A DNA stretch of 64,000 nucleotides from Octopus vulgaris (taxonomy: Eukaryota): positions 53,382,001-53,446,000 of the forward strand of contig OX597814.1 of the NCBI GenBank assembly GCA_951406725.2. Direction: 5' to 3'. Under the pieces are notes generated by a model. The model saw only the letters and a program-made list of their open reading frames with translations. It had not been told where the DNA came from and searched no databases. The position numbers and the translations under genes were made by a program. Positions 28,291 through 43,021 of this stretch are shown here, piece after piece (positions within the stretch are counted from its first letter, which is position 1; each line of letters begins with the position of its first letter).

Positions 28291-29529
28291 TGTGTATATA
28301 CTGTTAATAGGCCAATAACTGCAGTATTTGTCCTGAGATAACATCTTTTATTGGACGTGCTGTGTTAAATAACATCGGAAGAAGAACATTTTCTAACAGG
28401 GAGGAAGGCTACCTAGTTGCTTACTAAGAACAAATGTTATCTGTACCGTGATAGTGGAAATAAATTACACTTGGTAAAGGATGTTTTAAAATCTTGTTTG
28501 AATTTGGCGTGAAAGTAGATGACACTTTTGAAAACCTAAACTCTTGTAGGGTCAATAAAATTATTGAAGAATATATTGAATAACTTTTAATGAATCGCTC
28601 ATTATATATACAGATGAACAGCTCTTTATATACACGTGTCATCAGACCGATTGTCGTGACGCTATACGTAATATTTATCTGAAATATTAAAATTTGTTTC
28701 CATCCTTCTTTAGCCTTTTTCATTTTTTTGCTTAATTTCATACATACGTATATCATCATAAGGGCGAGTACGTATTGTATGCACTTATGTAATATATTTC
28801 AGCTGATATCCTTGTTTAACCGGTGAAAATGCACGTGCTAGTATGTATGCATGTACATATGTTTGTAGATATGTGTACATATGTGCGTTTGTGTAAGCGG
28901 ATATGCGAGTTGTATAGCTCCTGTTTCAATTCTTTAATAACTTAGATTATTTTCCAGTAATAACTCCTTAATGTAACACAGTTTTAACATTCTATTTATG
29001 GGCTCAGTTCTCTATGACACATTGTAATATGTGTTTCAGCCTATGAAGTTGATAATATGTTATTACTTGTATAGTTTCATGTCATTTCCACAACCCCGCC
29101 TCTTGCTTTTTTTCGTTATCTTCTGTCTTATTTTCTGTATATATATGCAGTGTAGGAGTGATTATAAAATCTTGCGCGCAATACATCTGGGGAGAAAATT
29201 GGAGTGGTGATGTTGCTACAGCTTCCTCTTACGTCACTTATGTGTCTTTAAGATAAAAAAAAAATGACTTACAAAAATCTCATTTCCGTTCTATTAAAAA
29301 TCTCAGACCTTGTAGTAATACATAATATATTTGGAATATATGTTATCGAAGATAGTTGCAATGTTGTTCATTTTTGTCTTAAATAGCTCCTACTTGTGCA
29401 AACATATGATTACCTAACCCCTTCTTTCCGTAGCTAAATAGATTTCAGTATACAAAAATGGTTAGAAAATTTCGAATACATAGGGCCCAAAATCTAAAAG
29501 GTATTTTACTATGCCATATATTTCAAGAT

Positions 29530-29737
29530 CACATGGGGTCCTGAAATGTTCCTGATTTTGGGTAAAATAAAATACAGGTAATTATGATTTTATTCAACAT
29601 ATTCCTCCTCTCAAATTCACGCACTTATTGCAGCGGTTCTGTAGTTTTTCTAAGCCCTGTAAAAGAACTCGAAAGTTAGCCTCCAACAAGCCTTCGCGAT
29701 ACCCTTAAAGCCTGGAACTTTTCAGCATCCCCATGTA
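29530..29737. mobile_element. Tc1/mariner-derived MITE
   Basis: Imperfect TIRs ACATGGGGTCCTGAAATGTTCCTGATTT / AAAGCCTGGAACTTTTCAGCATCCCCATGT. Confidence 0.6.
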
Positions 29738-30275
29738 CGTGGCAGTTCGAATGAGTTAAAGATATGTGAAATTTAGAAATTAATTTGACTTACCTCAAAT
29801 AAACTGGACTGACTATCAATTTTAAGAAGTATACTATCATGTTTTATAGATATAATAAACTATCATTTCAATAAAACTCAATCCACCATACTCTTTTAAT
29901 TCTTTCAGTAACTAGACCACGGCCATGCTAGAGTATAGCCTTGCAGGGTTATTCGAGCAAATTGACCTCGTACTTACTTAAAGTCTGGTACTTATTCTGT
30001 TGAATCGTTAAGTTACAGGGGCGTAAACAAACTAACACAAATGTTCAAGCGACGGGAGAACACACACGCACTCAAATGTGTGTGTGTGTGTATGAATGTA
30101 TGCATGATTGTATGTATATTTATGATGGGCCTCCTATGTTTCCGTTAATTAAGCTCACTCATAAAGAGCTATAGAATATGTGTCATCTGAAGTATATACC
30201 GATATATATATACCTATTATTTTAATCTTTTATTTGTTTCTGTCATTTGACTGCGGCCATGCTGGTGCACCGGCT

Positions 30276-30335
<60 letters not shown>

Positions 30336-30363
30336 TGTATGTATGTATGTATGTATGTATATA

Positions 30364-30522
<159 letters not shown>

Positions 30523-30528
30523 AGTGTG

Positions 30529-30560
<32 letters not shown>

Positions 30561-30567
<7 letters not shown>

Positions 30568-31291
30568 ACAAGATAAGGGCAGAAGAAAAATTCTAATGCC
30601 AAATATGCCGAAACAAAAAATTGTCGACAACTATTAATAATTTATGCGTCTCGAAATAAATCGATAGAAATCTTTAAAAATTCGTTATTACCGTATTGGT
30701 CCTATTTCGGGGTTAATTCATAAGAAATTTTCCCTCTTCAGCGGCAAATACGCGAGATATAAATGAAATACTTACTCTTACCCATGGAAAAAGCAAGCAC
30801 TAAGTCCCGAGCAGACTTAAGTACCCCAAATATATCCAAAATAGAAAAATCTTCGGCGCACCTCGAGACACGTGTGATTCGAACTAGAAACTTTCACAGA
30901 GTGATAGAATCCGGAAGTGAACACTAATCTATTTATGATTAATATAGGATAAAATTTTTTTCGGGTAAAAAATTTTATCAATGGCCAGCATATCAAAAAA
31001 TGCCTTTAAAGGTAAAATTTATACATAATTTACAAGATAAGGGCAGAAGAAAAATTCTAATGCCAAATATGCCGAAACAAAAAATTGGCGATAACCATTA
31101 ATAATTTATGCGTCTCGAAATAATTATTAATGGTTATCGACAATTTTTTGTTTCGGCATATTTGGCATTAGAATTTTTCTTCTGCCCTTATCTTGTAAAT
31201 TATGTATAAATTTTACCTTTAAAGGCATTTTTTGATATGCTGGCCATTGATAAAATTTTTTACCCGAAAAAAAACGTTATCCTATATTAAT
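30561..31291 (-). mobile_element. Hammerhead-bearing non-coding retroelement (retrozyme or Penelope pLTR-like)
   Basis: 99-bp direct repeat (30561-30659 / 31025-31123, period 464), ~170-bp inverted repeat (30938-31106 / 31122-31291), internal hammerhead, (TA)n on both sides. Confidence 0.75.
30689..30746 (-). ncRNA. Type I hammerhead ribozyme
   Basis: Minus strand: tgccg CTGAAGA ggg...ccc GAAA tagg-a-ccaa TA cggta; stem I 5 bp with one G-U, near-palindromic stem III with one mismatch, AUA triplet. Confidence 0.65.
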
Positions 31292-32059
31292 TATATATAT
31301 ATATGCACACACAAATATTCATACATACATCAATACATGTATGTGCGCGTGTGTGTGTGTATATCGGTGTGTGTGCGTGCGTGCATGTTGAAGTTTAACT
31401 GCAACAGTATTTATGCCAGCGACTGTTACTTACGATATCGAGCAATTTATTATCAGTTAGCAAAAATGATACTATATGTCACACGATCTTATAAAATGAT
31501 AGAGTTATTTCCGTACATAAACGAAATTCAGCAGTGATTATTGCTGAAAATATGACTAAAGCAAGTTATCTGAGAAAATATATTTCTTCGAAATACAGGT
31601 CTGCGATCATTAACTCTTATACATAAACTTGAAATCCAAGAAATTCAATTAATTTGTATAATTATATTCTATATTTCTTAAATCACCCGGAAATAATCTT
31701 TCAGATTTATTCGCTTTTGTTTCATTAGCTTTATGTTATTCAATTGTCGTACTATGTTACTTCTAATGGGTTTTTGTTGATATTTAAAGAAATCCTTAAC
31801 CCCATTTAACTGCACAATTAAATTTCATTCTAGTAAGGATGTTAAATATCTATCAAATATTAGAATTGGCATTTACTGCAAGTCATGTTGCCTCAATAAA
31901 TTTTACATATCTCATCGAAAAAGTTATTTCAAACGCGACATTCGTCAGCAAAAAATAAATTGGTGCAAAAAACTTTGCCACACACGGTTAAGGTTAGTGA
32001 AAATATACGTTTTTGAGTGGATTTGTCTGATTTCCGCAGTAAAAGAGCTGAACAAAATT

Positions 32060-32530
32060 ATGAAAGGAGTTTTCGAGCTAGAAGAATTGTCAGAACGTCT
32101 GAAAAAATGCTGTGCAATATTTCCTTTGGCTCTATACATTCGGGTTTCAAATCCGGCCCAGATCAACTTTGCTTTTCATTCTTCGAAAGTCGATATTGTC
32201 AAGCACTGGTCAAGTACTAACATCAATGACATCGACTACTCCCACTCCACTCAAAATTGTTGATCATTAACTAAAATAAGAAACCAATATTATTATCATT
32301 TAAGACGGGGAGTAGGTAGAGTTGCTAGAGTGTTGGAGAGAAACGCTTTACAGCATTCGATCCGACTCTTTACGTACTGAGATCAAATCTCACCGAGATC
32401 AGATTTGCTATCCATCCTTCTAAGGACAACAAAACAAAATACCAATCAAGTACCAGTCAAGTACTGGGGTCGCTGTAATCGACTAGCCTTCTATCCCAAA
32501 ATTTCAGGTTTTGTGCCTATAATAGAAAGG

Positions 32531-32581
<51 letters not shown>

Positions 32582-32800
32582 ACTACTATTACTACTACTA
32601 CTACTACAACAACTACTGCTGCTACTACTACTACTACTACTACTGCTACTGCTGCTGCTGCAGCCGCTACTACTACTACTACTACTACTACTATCATTTT
32701 TATCATTATTCCGCCGAGGTCGACTTTACGTTTCATCCTTTCGGTATGGATAAAATTAGTACCTGTTGAGCACTGGGTCGGTATAATCGACTCATCCCCC
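32060..32800 (+). mobile_element. Degenerate SINE family B copies and (CTA/CTG)n tract
   Basis: Three diverged occurrences of the family B core (e.g. TTCCGCCGAGGTCGACTTTACGTTTCATCCTTTCGG near 32710). Confidence 0.65.
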
Positions 32801-32838
32801 AAAAGTTATTTCAAACGTGGCAAAATTTGAAACCATTA

Positions 32839-32902
<64 letters not shown>

Positions 32903-32919
32903 CATCATCATCATCATTT

Positions 32920-33090
32920 TATATGTGGACAACAGTTTAAACTGCTGGAAAATTCCTATCATCGGGCTATAACAAGTAACCTTAAATGTCAAGAACGTTC
33001 CTAAGCATCCTAGCACTGTTTTCCTGGAGCTGCACTAAACTAGGTTTTATGCCTATTCTTCTATTCATTTGTTCAAATCTTTAGGAATAG
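32920..33090 (-). mobile_element. R4/Dong-type 3' end fragment
   Basis: TIPKDLNK / IGIKPSLVQLQ / ARMLRNVLDI* then a short UTR running into (GAT)n(AAT)n. Confidence 0.65.
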
Positions 33091-33200
33091 TTTCTTCTTC
33101 TTCTTCTTCTTCTTCTTCTTCTTCTTCTTCTTCTTCTTCTTCTTCTTCTTCTTCTTCTTCTTCTTCTCCTCCTCCTCCTCCCTTTCTTCTTCATCTTCTT

Positions 33201-33259
<59 letters not shown>

Positions 33260-33263
33260 CATT

Positions 33264-34044
33264 AAGTGAGAGAGAGCAGCGCATGCCATCAAAGTGACAC
33301 TGGGGTAAAATATACGTATTTCTTTATTACCCACAAGGGGCTAAACACAGAGGGGACAAACAAGGACAGACATAGTTATTAAGTCGATTACATTGACCCC
33401 AGTGCGTAACTGGTACTTAATTTATCGACCCCGAAAGGATGAAAGGCAAAGTCGACCTCGGCGGAATTTGAACTCACAACGTAACGCAGACGAAATACCG
33501 CTAAGCATTTCGCCCGGCGTGCTAACGTTTCTGCCAGCTCATATCTGGGGTAAAATATACGAAGCACAGTATACCCATCATGACTACCCGTCTGATAAGG
33601 GTACACCAGGCACATGTATCACGATCAAATGTGAGCGACATGGTGATCTCATATTAAGATAAACAGCACATGACCTTGCAGGAGAGGCCCAAGTAGAATT
33701 TTCTTCAGGTCGAGTAACCCATCCCGCTCAAAAGGTCCCTGAATAAAGGTTGTTTAAGGATGTTGAACAAAACACCCATGTTTCCAGAGGTGAATTATCC
33801 AAACCCCAAAGAATTCCTCTCTACACATGGCTATGATACCCCGCCACTACTCCTGCTTGTGATCAGTGATGCACATATTGTCAGTCACAAAAAGGACCCA
33901 ACTGGTTAAAGTCAAACAACTGACAAGCAAATCTGTGGTATTTGCTTTAGCCCATCTTTTAGACCAAGACAAAACAATGTACATGATAACATTTCTGATC
34001 AGTTAAGATCAGAAGCCATGAGAGCCACAGCCTGGTACTGCATC
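33264..34044 (-). mobile_element. ~550-bp (AAT)n element, copy interrupted by a SINE B
   Basis: Collinear with 35545-36100 once 33317-33561 is removed. Confidence 0.85.
33317..33540 (-). mobile_element. SINE family B short form with 17-bp TSD
   Basis: TSD CTGGGGTAAAATATACG at 33300-33316 and 33545-33561. Confidence 0.9.
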
Positions 34045-34069
34045 ATTATTATCATTATTATCATTACTA

Positions 34070-34478
34070 AGGCGGTGGGCTGGTAGAGTCGTTAGCATAC
34101 GGAGAGAAATGCTTAGCGGTATTTCGCCTGCCGCTACGTTCTGAGTTCAAATTCCGCCGAGGTCGACTTTGCCTTTCATCCTTTCGGGGTCGATTAAATA
34201 AGTACCAGTTACACTCTGGGCTCGATGAAATCGACTTAATCCGTTTGTCTGTCCTTGTTTTTCCTCTCTGTGTTTAGCCCCTTGTGGGTAGTAAAGAAAT
34301 AGGTATTTCGTCTGTCGCTACCTTCTGAGTTCAAATTTAGCTGAGGTCAACTTTGCGTTTCATCCTTTCGGGGTCGATAAATAAGTACCAGTCATGTGCT
34401 AGGGTCGATTTAATCGACTAATCGACTACTCCCCCCCAAAAAAAAATTTCAGGCCTAGTGCCCATTGTAGAAAATATT
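34070..34478 (+). mobile_element. SINE family B, long (duplicated-core) form
   Basis: Head GGCGGTGGGCTGGTAGAGTCGTTAGC, B box GAGTTCAAATTCC, core CCTTTCATCCTTTCGGGGTCGA present twice. Confidence 0.9.
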
Positions 34479-34489
34479 ATTTTTATTAT

Positions 34490-34703
34490 TTTCTCTTTGT
34501 CACAGGTTTTGTTGGAGCTCCTGGAGTCTCGCATGCGTAGCAGGCTTACTACCTGCAGCCTACGGTACCATGCTATTTGTTCTTTTCAGCTAATGCTTTC
34601 CTGATAATGGTGGCCGTGCCAAGGAGGTAAAACTTTTGTAGCATTCTATTCTGGGTACTCTATTCCAATTTCTTTTATATTCCTCTTGATGCCTTCTGAT
34701 AAT

Positions 34704-34705
<2 letters not shown>
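34490..34705 (-). mobile_element. R4/Dong-type 3' end fragment
   Basis: IKEIGIEYP / MLQKFYLLGTATIIRKAL then 3' UTR; between (GAT)n and an AAT-rich tail. Confidence 0.7.
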
Positions 34706-34735
<30 letters not shown>

Positions 34736-34747
34736 TATTATTACTAA

Positions 34748-35042
34748 GGCGGCGAGCAGGCAAAAACGTTAGCACGCCGGGCGAAATGCTTAGCGGTATT
34801 TCGTCTGCCGTTACGTTCTGAGTTCAAATTCCGCCGAGGTCGACTTTGCCTTTCATCCTTTCGGGGTCGATTAAATAAGTACCAGTTACGAACTGGGGTC
34901 GATGTAATCGACTTAATCCGTTTGTCTGTCCTTGTTTGTCCTCTCTGTATTTAGCCCCTTGTGGGTAGTAAAGAAATAGGTATTTCGCCTGCCGCTATAT
35001 TCTGTGTTCAAATTCCGCCGAGGTAGACTTTGCCTGTCATCT
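34748..35042 (+). mobile_element. SINE family B, long form truncated in the second core
   Basis: Close match to 62363-62730. Confidence 0.9.
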
Positions 35043-35279
35043 ACTACTAGCAATCAATGAGAGTTCTGAGCCTGGCCTTGGAAAGAACCAATTCTTGTTC
35101 TGTTTTAATTACTTGTTTTAATTACTTTGTTCTGTTTTAATTACTGATAGGAAAAAAATAATATATATACTGATATTTACATCGTTGAATTTTTGAAATT
35201 TTGAATTGCTTTGAATTTTTCTTTTCTTTTTGTATGTTTTGCTGTGGTTTACAGTTTTCGTAATTATGCAGTTTTTATA

Positions 35280-35520
35280 TATGATTTATTGTTTCTGCTC
35301 CGTCATCGCATATTCTGCAGTTACTTGTATTTCTTTTCGTTACGGGTTTTTGGTGATTTCTGGTGGGAAGGCTTTGATCTTGTGATGCAATTAAAAATCC
35401 CTCTGTCTCTGCTTTGAGTCCTGAGCTTCTCAGCCACTGCTGCGATTTTGCTTTGTCTATTTCTTTTCTGTTTAGTTTAACCCGATATTTGCCATGTACG
35501 GGATTTTCTTGCCACCGTTT
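35280..35520 (-). mobile_element. R4/Dong-type post-RT zinc-knuckle fragment
   Basis: KRWQENPVHGKY...QWLRSSGLKAETEGFLIASQDQSLPTRN...CRICDDGAETINHI. Confidence 0.85.
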
Positions 35521-35544
35521 TATTTTATTATTATTATTATTATT

Positions 35545-36218
<674 letters not shown>

Positions 36219-36273
36219 TTATTATCATTATTATTATTATTATTGTTATTATTATTGTTATTATTATTATTGC

Positions 36274-36307
<34 letters not shown>

Positions 36308-36617
36308 ATCATTATTATTTCCATTATTAGTAGTAGTATGAGTAGTAATAGTAGTGGTAAGCGGAGCAGTAGTAGAAGCAGCAGTAGTAGAAGCAGTCAC
36401 TGATCATCGCTCCTAGGCTGTAATGGTTTCCTCTTCTGCTATAGACGCATAAATATTAATACAATATAGTGTACAATAGCATACAGAAACACATATATGT
36501 GCGTGCATGTACATATACATGTAGATGTTTACATGTATTTAGGTATGTGTATGTAAATATGTATGTATGTGTGTACTTGCATACAGGTACGTATGCATAT
36601 ATGTTAACTTGCAAGTG

Positions 36618-36657
<40 letters not shown>

Positions 36658-37288
36658 TATATGTATGTATATATATACACAAACACATAATGATACATAT
36701 CAAATTGAAGAGTAGTTAACTCTATAGAAGTCAACTTCCGCTGAGCAGTGTTTGTCACCCAGCTTCCATTTCCGTATGTGGCCCATGCACTTTACTGAAG
36801 CCGTTGCTTTGTTGCTATGCAAAAGAAAGTCTCTTTGCGATGTATGTCCGCATGTGTGTGAGTGTGTGTGTGCGTGCGTGTGTGTGTGTTTGCGTTGTGT
36901 TGTGTTATGTGTGAGAGAAGAAGAATGAGTCTGTATGTGTGTGTTTCTACGTGTGAATGTCTGTCTGTGAACGAAAGGATATTTGAAAGAACAAAACACC
37001 AAAATGCCAATAGATGCAATGTGTAAACTCTAAATCCACACTCGGATGTAGTTATTCCAATAATTCTGATGGTTCGGCATCTCTTTCTTTAAAGTCATAA
37101 CCACCATTTTCGTCCCATCTCCCTCTCTGTTGCTGTTTGTGTGCCTATCTATCTACCTATTTCTCTACCTATCTCTCTTTCTCTCTCTCTATTTCTCTCT
37201 CTCTCTCTCTCTCACACTCACACACACACTCCCCCCCCTCACTCTCTCTCTCTCTCTCTCTCTCATCATATATATATATATATATATA

Positions 37289-37497
37289 GGCATGGCTGTG
37301 CGCTAACAAGCTGAGTTCCCAAACACATGGTTCCGGGTTCAGTCTTACCGCGTAAAATCTTGGGCCAGAGACTTCTATTATCGCCTCAGGCCGACTAAAG
37401 CCTTGTGAGTAATTCTGGTTGGCAGAAACTGAAAGAAGGCCGTCGTATATATTTGTGTGTGTGTGTCTGTGTATGTATATGTGTATATGTATGTATG

Positions 37498-37528
<31 letters not shown>

Positions 37529-37725
37529 CTATGTATGTGTGTCTTTGTGTCTGTGTTTGTCCCCCACCACCGCTTGACAACTAGTGTTGGTGTATTCGGA
37601 CAAAAGAGGCCGATAGAATTAAGTACTAGGCTGAAAAATAAAATTCTTCGACTAAAACCCTTCAAAGCGGCGCTCCAGCGTGGCCGCAGTCAAATGACTG
37701 AAACAAATAAAAGATAAAAGATGAA
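37289..37725 (+). mobile_element. SINE family A
   Basis: Head, internal (TATG)n, tail GGCCGCAGTCAAATGACTGAAACAAATAAAAGA. Confidence 0.85.
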
Positions 37726-39364
37726 AGATATATGAGAAATTATGATAAACACAATTTTATTTCATTTTCTTCGTCACGTATATTTCACCGTTTGTGGTTG
37801 TTTGGAACCTCAGTACTGAAAGTTCGAAGTGTAATTGGCTGCTTAGCTAGAACAGATCATCAGGGAACACTATATTGCATTATGCTACAGAGATCAAATA
37901 TAAAAATACAATTACATGTTGTGTATGCGTACGTGTGCGTGCGTGTGTGCCTGTGTGCATGCGCGCGCGTGTATATCAATTTGTTCAGACTAATTGATTA
38001 ATTAATAAACAACCGTTGTTGAATCTTCGTTCAGTAGCGGTAGGCCAGTAAATGGTGGAAGACCATTCGAAATAATGTATTTTAAACTATGTACATAAAT
38101 TATCACAAGTATAAAACATTTCCTAGCGTTTAGTTTAACCCAAACTGTCATCTAACGAAATATCACCCATGCTTTCTCCAAAGTCTTTAACGACGTATCA
38201 ACAAATAAGATAGTGAAATGGTTACAAAGAATTAAATCGAAATATAGGCACGGCTCATTAAAAATATACATCTATTCTAGGACACTTATAACACTCACTT
38301 ACACACGCAAAATAACGTGTGTGCGTCTGTATTTGTGTGTTTTGTGTACGCTTTCTGCATTTTTGTCGTGGATGTGTGCGTATACTAAAAATAGTGCCAT
38401 TATAATGAGCTTGCTGAAAGTATACTCAATTATACAAGATTTGTTTAAGTGCGAAGTTCACTGGCGTGTTGATAAGTTGCAATTAGAATGTTAGTGGTAG
38501 TTGATTAAGTGGTAGAAGGAAGTCGGAGAGCAAGTAATAATTAGAATTGTCATATAATCTTCAAAGATGCTGATAGCCAACAGAAGTACTTTAAATTATA
38601 TTCTTAGGCTTGTAGTAATAAGTTTCTAGACAGTATTTGAATATACCTGCTTCGGTTATCGTTTTACCTATAATTTCTATAACATAGGCTTTTAATATTG
38701 TTCATGCTCTTATTCGCTATTGTAAAACATCAAAATAGTGAATTGTAAAAATCGAGTATTTTCGGACATTACAGAAATATGTAAGAGAAATTGTGCGAAG
38801 AAACAATGGAATCGAATGCTACTGTACAACTGAATACATGTGTGGAATAATGTCTTTAAAAAGTAGCGATCTATTGTTCCAAAGAGAATGGCAACACATA
38901 TTTCGAACTATATAGCACGAAATACTTCGAAATATTTCTATATCTAATAAAGAAAAATACACAGAAAAGTAATTTATTGGTTCTTTCATGTACAATATAC
39001 AATGCCAACAAATTGGGAGTCTGTCTTCCAGTAGATTAATTCGTCGCTGTTTGGCAAAAAGGTTATAATGGAGGTTAAACTGTGATGTCTGACGTAGTCA
39101 ATATCATGTAGAACAAACTAGTGCCAAGTAGCGCGTACTTCTTAGAATAAAGAGATTTTCTTGATTTGTTGGTAATATATGAACAAAGCTAGAGCTGTAA
39201 AGTTAATAATGTATGAATGATTTTAAATTACTGCTACATTTTGCAAAGCTAATATAAATACCCAAATTAATGACATGACTATGATTTAAGACGATGCTAG
39301 TGCCAGAACATTACAAATGGTCAAGAAAATTGCATAAAGAGCGACTCCAATAATTTTCCCAATC

Positions 39365-39565
39365 TTAGAAAACGGGTGGTAATTTTGAGGGGAGGAGGAA
39401 TTCGATTTCACCGTTCCCAGGGCTCAACTGATACCTATTTTACCGACTTCGAAAGGATGAAAGTCAAAGTCGATCTCGCCACAATTGAACTCAGAACGTA
39501 AACAACCGGAACAAAATGCTGCTAAGTATTATTTTGTTCGGCGTGGTAATGATTCTGCCAGCTCT
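39365..39565 (-). mobile_element. SINE family B, degenerate copy
   Basis: CGAAAGGATGAAAGTCAAAGTCGATCTCG core and TTCTGCCAGCTC head. Confidence 0.7.
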
Positions 39566-40729
39566 TAATCAGTAATCTATGACATAAAGTCCATCTCAAG
39601 CAGACTCCGACCAGTAAATAACTTTCAACATCAAAATCTTAATATAGCACGTTTCTAAAATATTTAATCGACGCATCTCTATTATTCTCCTATCCTTTTG
39701 AAATGCAAGCCTTATTATATCTTAATATTCAGCTATTTCTGAACTTCTGAAGCTTTCTCAACCCTGTACAAATTTTCGTCACCATTGAATTCTGCGTTGA
39801 CTATCATAATTGTGAAAAGAAATCCAGGCATTTGAAAGGTAACCCTAACACCATATAATGTTTAATCATAATTCACCAATGACCTATGCATCGTATTGCC
39901 TTCCTTGTACCATTCCTAGAATGGTTACTGTTCCTCCATGTCTCCTTTCTCTTCTCTAATCTCTATTCATTCGCGATAAACACTTCGCAACAGATTTCCA
40001 TTTCTTGAGATTCATTACTTATATATTTATGATAACTTGTTCATATTAGTAAATTAACTCAGCAAAAGGAATTATTTTAGTTGTAACACTGGACTATTTA
40101 TCGATTCTATATTTAGTGTAGACTCAGTTACCTATATAGAACGTGTATCGAATCTCAATAGTGTTGTGTTAACTGTAAATGTGGGTTGGTGTTCTGAGTA
40201 TGTAGATAATTCATATAGGCAAATGTATCGAATTTACATGGAATTGTTAGTGCCTTCTTATTTTGTTTTACACTCATATGTAATTATCTTCTAAAGAAAA
40301 TCTTTAGAAATAGTTTTACTAAGTGACTCATTCATGTCAACTGGAATTAATAGTATTCTCGTGACAAAGTTTTAATGTTGTATATATTATCTCAATTGGT
40401 AGACTTATCTTAATGATAATTCTTAATGACAATCAACACTTTAATGATTGCAGGCATAACTGCGTGGTTAAGAATTTTGCCGCGCAACTTTGTGGTTTCC
40501 AACATAATACGTACGCAATTAATATATGCATTTGCACAACTACACTCAGAGAATGAATGTAAATTAGTTATAAAGTGCTCTAATTATATAAGAAGCAGCT
40601 GAATATCAGGCTAAATATCAAGTCTGCACACTGCAGAACCTTATTACCATAGGGTTGTTACTATCTCGGCAGTACTCGATATTATAAGGTAGAACTAATG
40701 AAAATATGTATAGAATTAGACATCTAAAT

Positions 40730-41051
40730 GTACTGACACTCTGTCAGTTACGACGACGAGGGTTCCAGTTGATCCGATCAATGGAACAGCTTGCTCGTGA
40801 AATTAACGTGCGATTGGCTGAGCACTCTACAGACGCATGTACCCTTAACTACGTTAAGGCTACATGCGTCACAGAATGTGTAAAGGTTGGCCCTTTCAAA
40901 TGCAGGTACTACTCATTTTCGCCAACTGAGTAGACTGGAGCAATGTGAAATAAAGTGTCTTGCTGTAGGACACAATGCGTCGCCGGGAATTGAGCTCATG
41001 GCGTTACGACCGTAAGCCGAATACCCTAATCACTAAGTCACGCACCTTCAC
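40730..41051 (-). mobile_element. SINE family C (tRNA-like head, Meta/V-like central segment)
   Basis: Minus strand GAAGGTGCGTGACTTAGTGATTAGGG...CAAGACACTTTATTTCACATTGCTCCAGT; related fragments near 14520-14660, 18533-18650, 41555-41715, 60590-60705. Confidence 0.7.
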
Positions 41052-41809
41052 ACATCTAAATGTAAAGGGTAAAAAACTACAAGTACTAACATCAAAATAA
41101 CTATCTGCATAAGATTTCAGACTGTGAAATCTCTGAGTCTCGTGATCATCAGTGAAGATGGCTGGGAATTATCTATAAAAAGGGCTTTATAATTATACAT
41201 ATTCAATTTATTGAAGCAACAGTATAATGTATTTTTTTTATTAAAGAAATGAAACGTACGTGAATAAACGAAACAATAAAAAGTATGTGTAACGTATGCC
41301 TAGGCACAATATGGTTTGAGGAACAAATGTAAATGAATTAACATTAAAAAGTGGTCATATGGAAAATTATTTTAATAAATACATATATGAGCGATCCATT
41401 TAGATGCGTAGCTATGATAAAATACCATTGCGAGTATAACTTGGAGCATGTTGTTTTCGATGTCTGTATAATTGTGAGTAGACATAGATACACTCTCGGC
41501 CTTCACACTCTTGACTCGGCGCGACATAGAAGATGTGACAACAGGAAGGCAAAAGGGCTGTACCTGTATTCGGCTGATTCTTATTTTCAACTGACCAGAA
41601 TGGAGCACGGGAAAAGAAGCGTCTTGTTCAAGAACACAACGCGCCGCCTTGATCAGGAATTGAATACAGGACCTTATGATCGTGAATCCAAACCCCCAAC
41701 CACTCGGCCACGCATCGTTACGATTGTCTAACTGAGCACCTACTTCAACGCCTACGATTGTTTAACTGAGCTCCTACTTTCTGAGCACATACTTCATTTC
41801 TATTTTAGA

Positions 41810-42330
41810 AATGAAGACGTTAAACTGGTAGAATGTTAGTGCGTCAAACAAAATGCTTACTGGCATTCCTTCCGGTTCTTTACATTCTGAATTCAAACGC
41901 CACTAAGGTCAACTTTGCCTTTCATCCCTTCGGGGTCATTAAAATAAATTAACAGTCTGGTTCTGAGGTGGAAGTACCTGACTTGTCTCTCTTCAAAAAT
42001 TGCTGTCCCGTTCAGTTGAGGAATGCTGTGATCTCGGTCACTTATATACGCCATGGAAACCAAACAACCTGCCTATGAATCCTAAGGCTCAAGAAGAATA
42101 TTTTCAAAAAGATAATCAGAAATGAGGAAGCTAGATTGTGATAATTCGTCTAGTAAAATATCTTGCATAATGTTGTTACGGTCCTTATACTCTGAAATCA
42201 AACCTCACCCTGCTCAACTTCGCAATTCACTTACAGCTTTCGATCAAATAAAGTATCAATCGGATATTAGGGCTAATTTTAGTTGACTATACCTTCTAAA
42301 ATCTGTGGCTTTGCGCCTATGTTAGCAGTT
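41810..42330 (+). mobile_element. Two degenerate SINE family B copies
   Basis: GGTCAACTTTGCCTTTCATCCCTTCGGGGTC core near 41907 and a more decayed copy at 42125-42330. Confidence 0.6.
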
Positions 42331-42656
42331 ATACCACTAGTCATTTCTTGTTTTCTTTCCGAATCAGCTCTTTTTCTAGTGGTGCCTTACATTTTTCTCC
42401 AAAGGTCTTCAACCTAATTATAAGTACTACAACGGATTTCTTTTACCCTTTTAATATTCTGCTTCTTCAACAAGCATTGTTGCTATTGATTTTTGTTTTT
42501 GTTTTATGAATTACATTTCTCTGTTGCAAACATTGTGCAACAGAAGATTGACATTTAAGTCATGTTCAGTTCAAATATACACAACAATACTATCAATTTA
42601 GCATTCAAATGGTTGAAGAATAGAACTTATTTAAAGCAGCCTTTCATTTTATTTTA

Positions 42657-42714
<58 letters not shown>

Positions 42715-42907
42715 TCCGTCTTTGCATCTGCCTGTCTCTCGACCAGTCCGTTTTCGGTTTGTCTGTCTTGCTATATATGTATGTACATAACTGACGCAAT
42801 TTACATAATGCAATCAAACATGTGTACCATACATACATTGTGTGTGTGTATGCGTGCGTGTACGTGTGCGTGCGTGTGTGTGTGCGTGTGTGCGTGTGTG
42901 TGTATGA

Positions 42908-43021
<114 letters not shown>

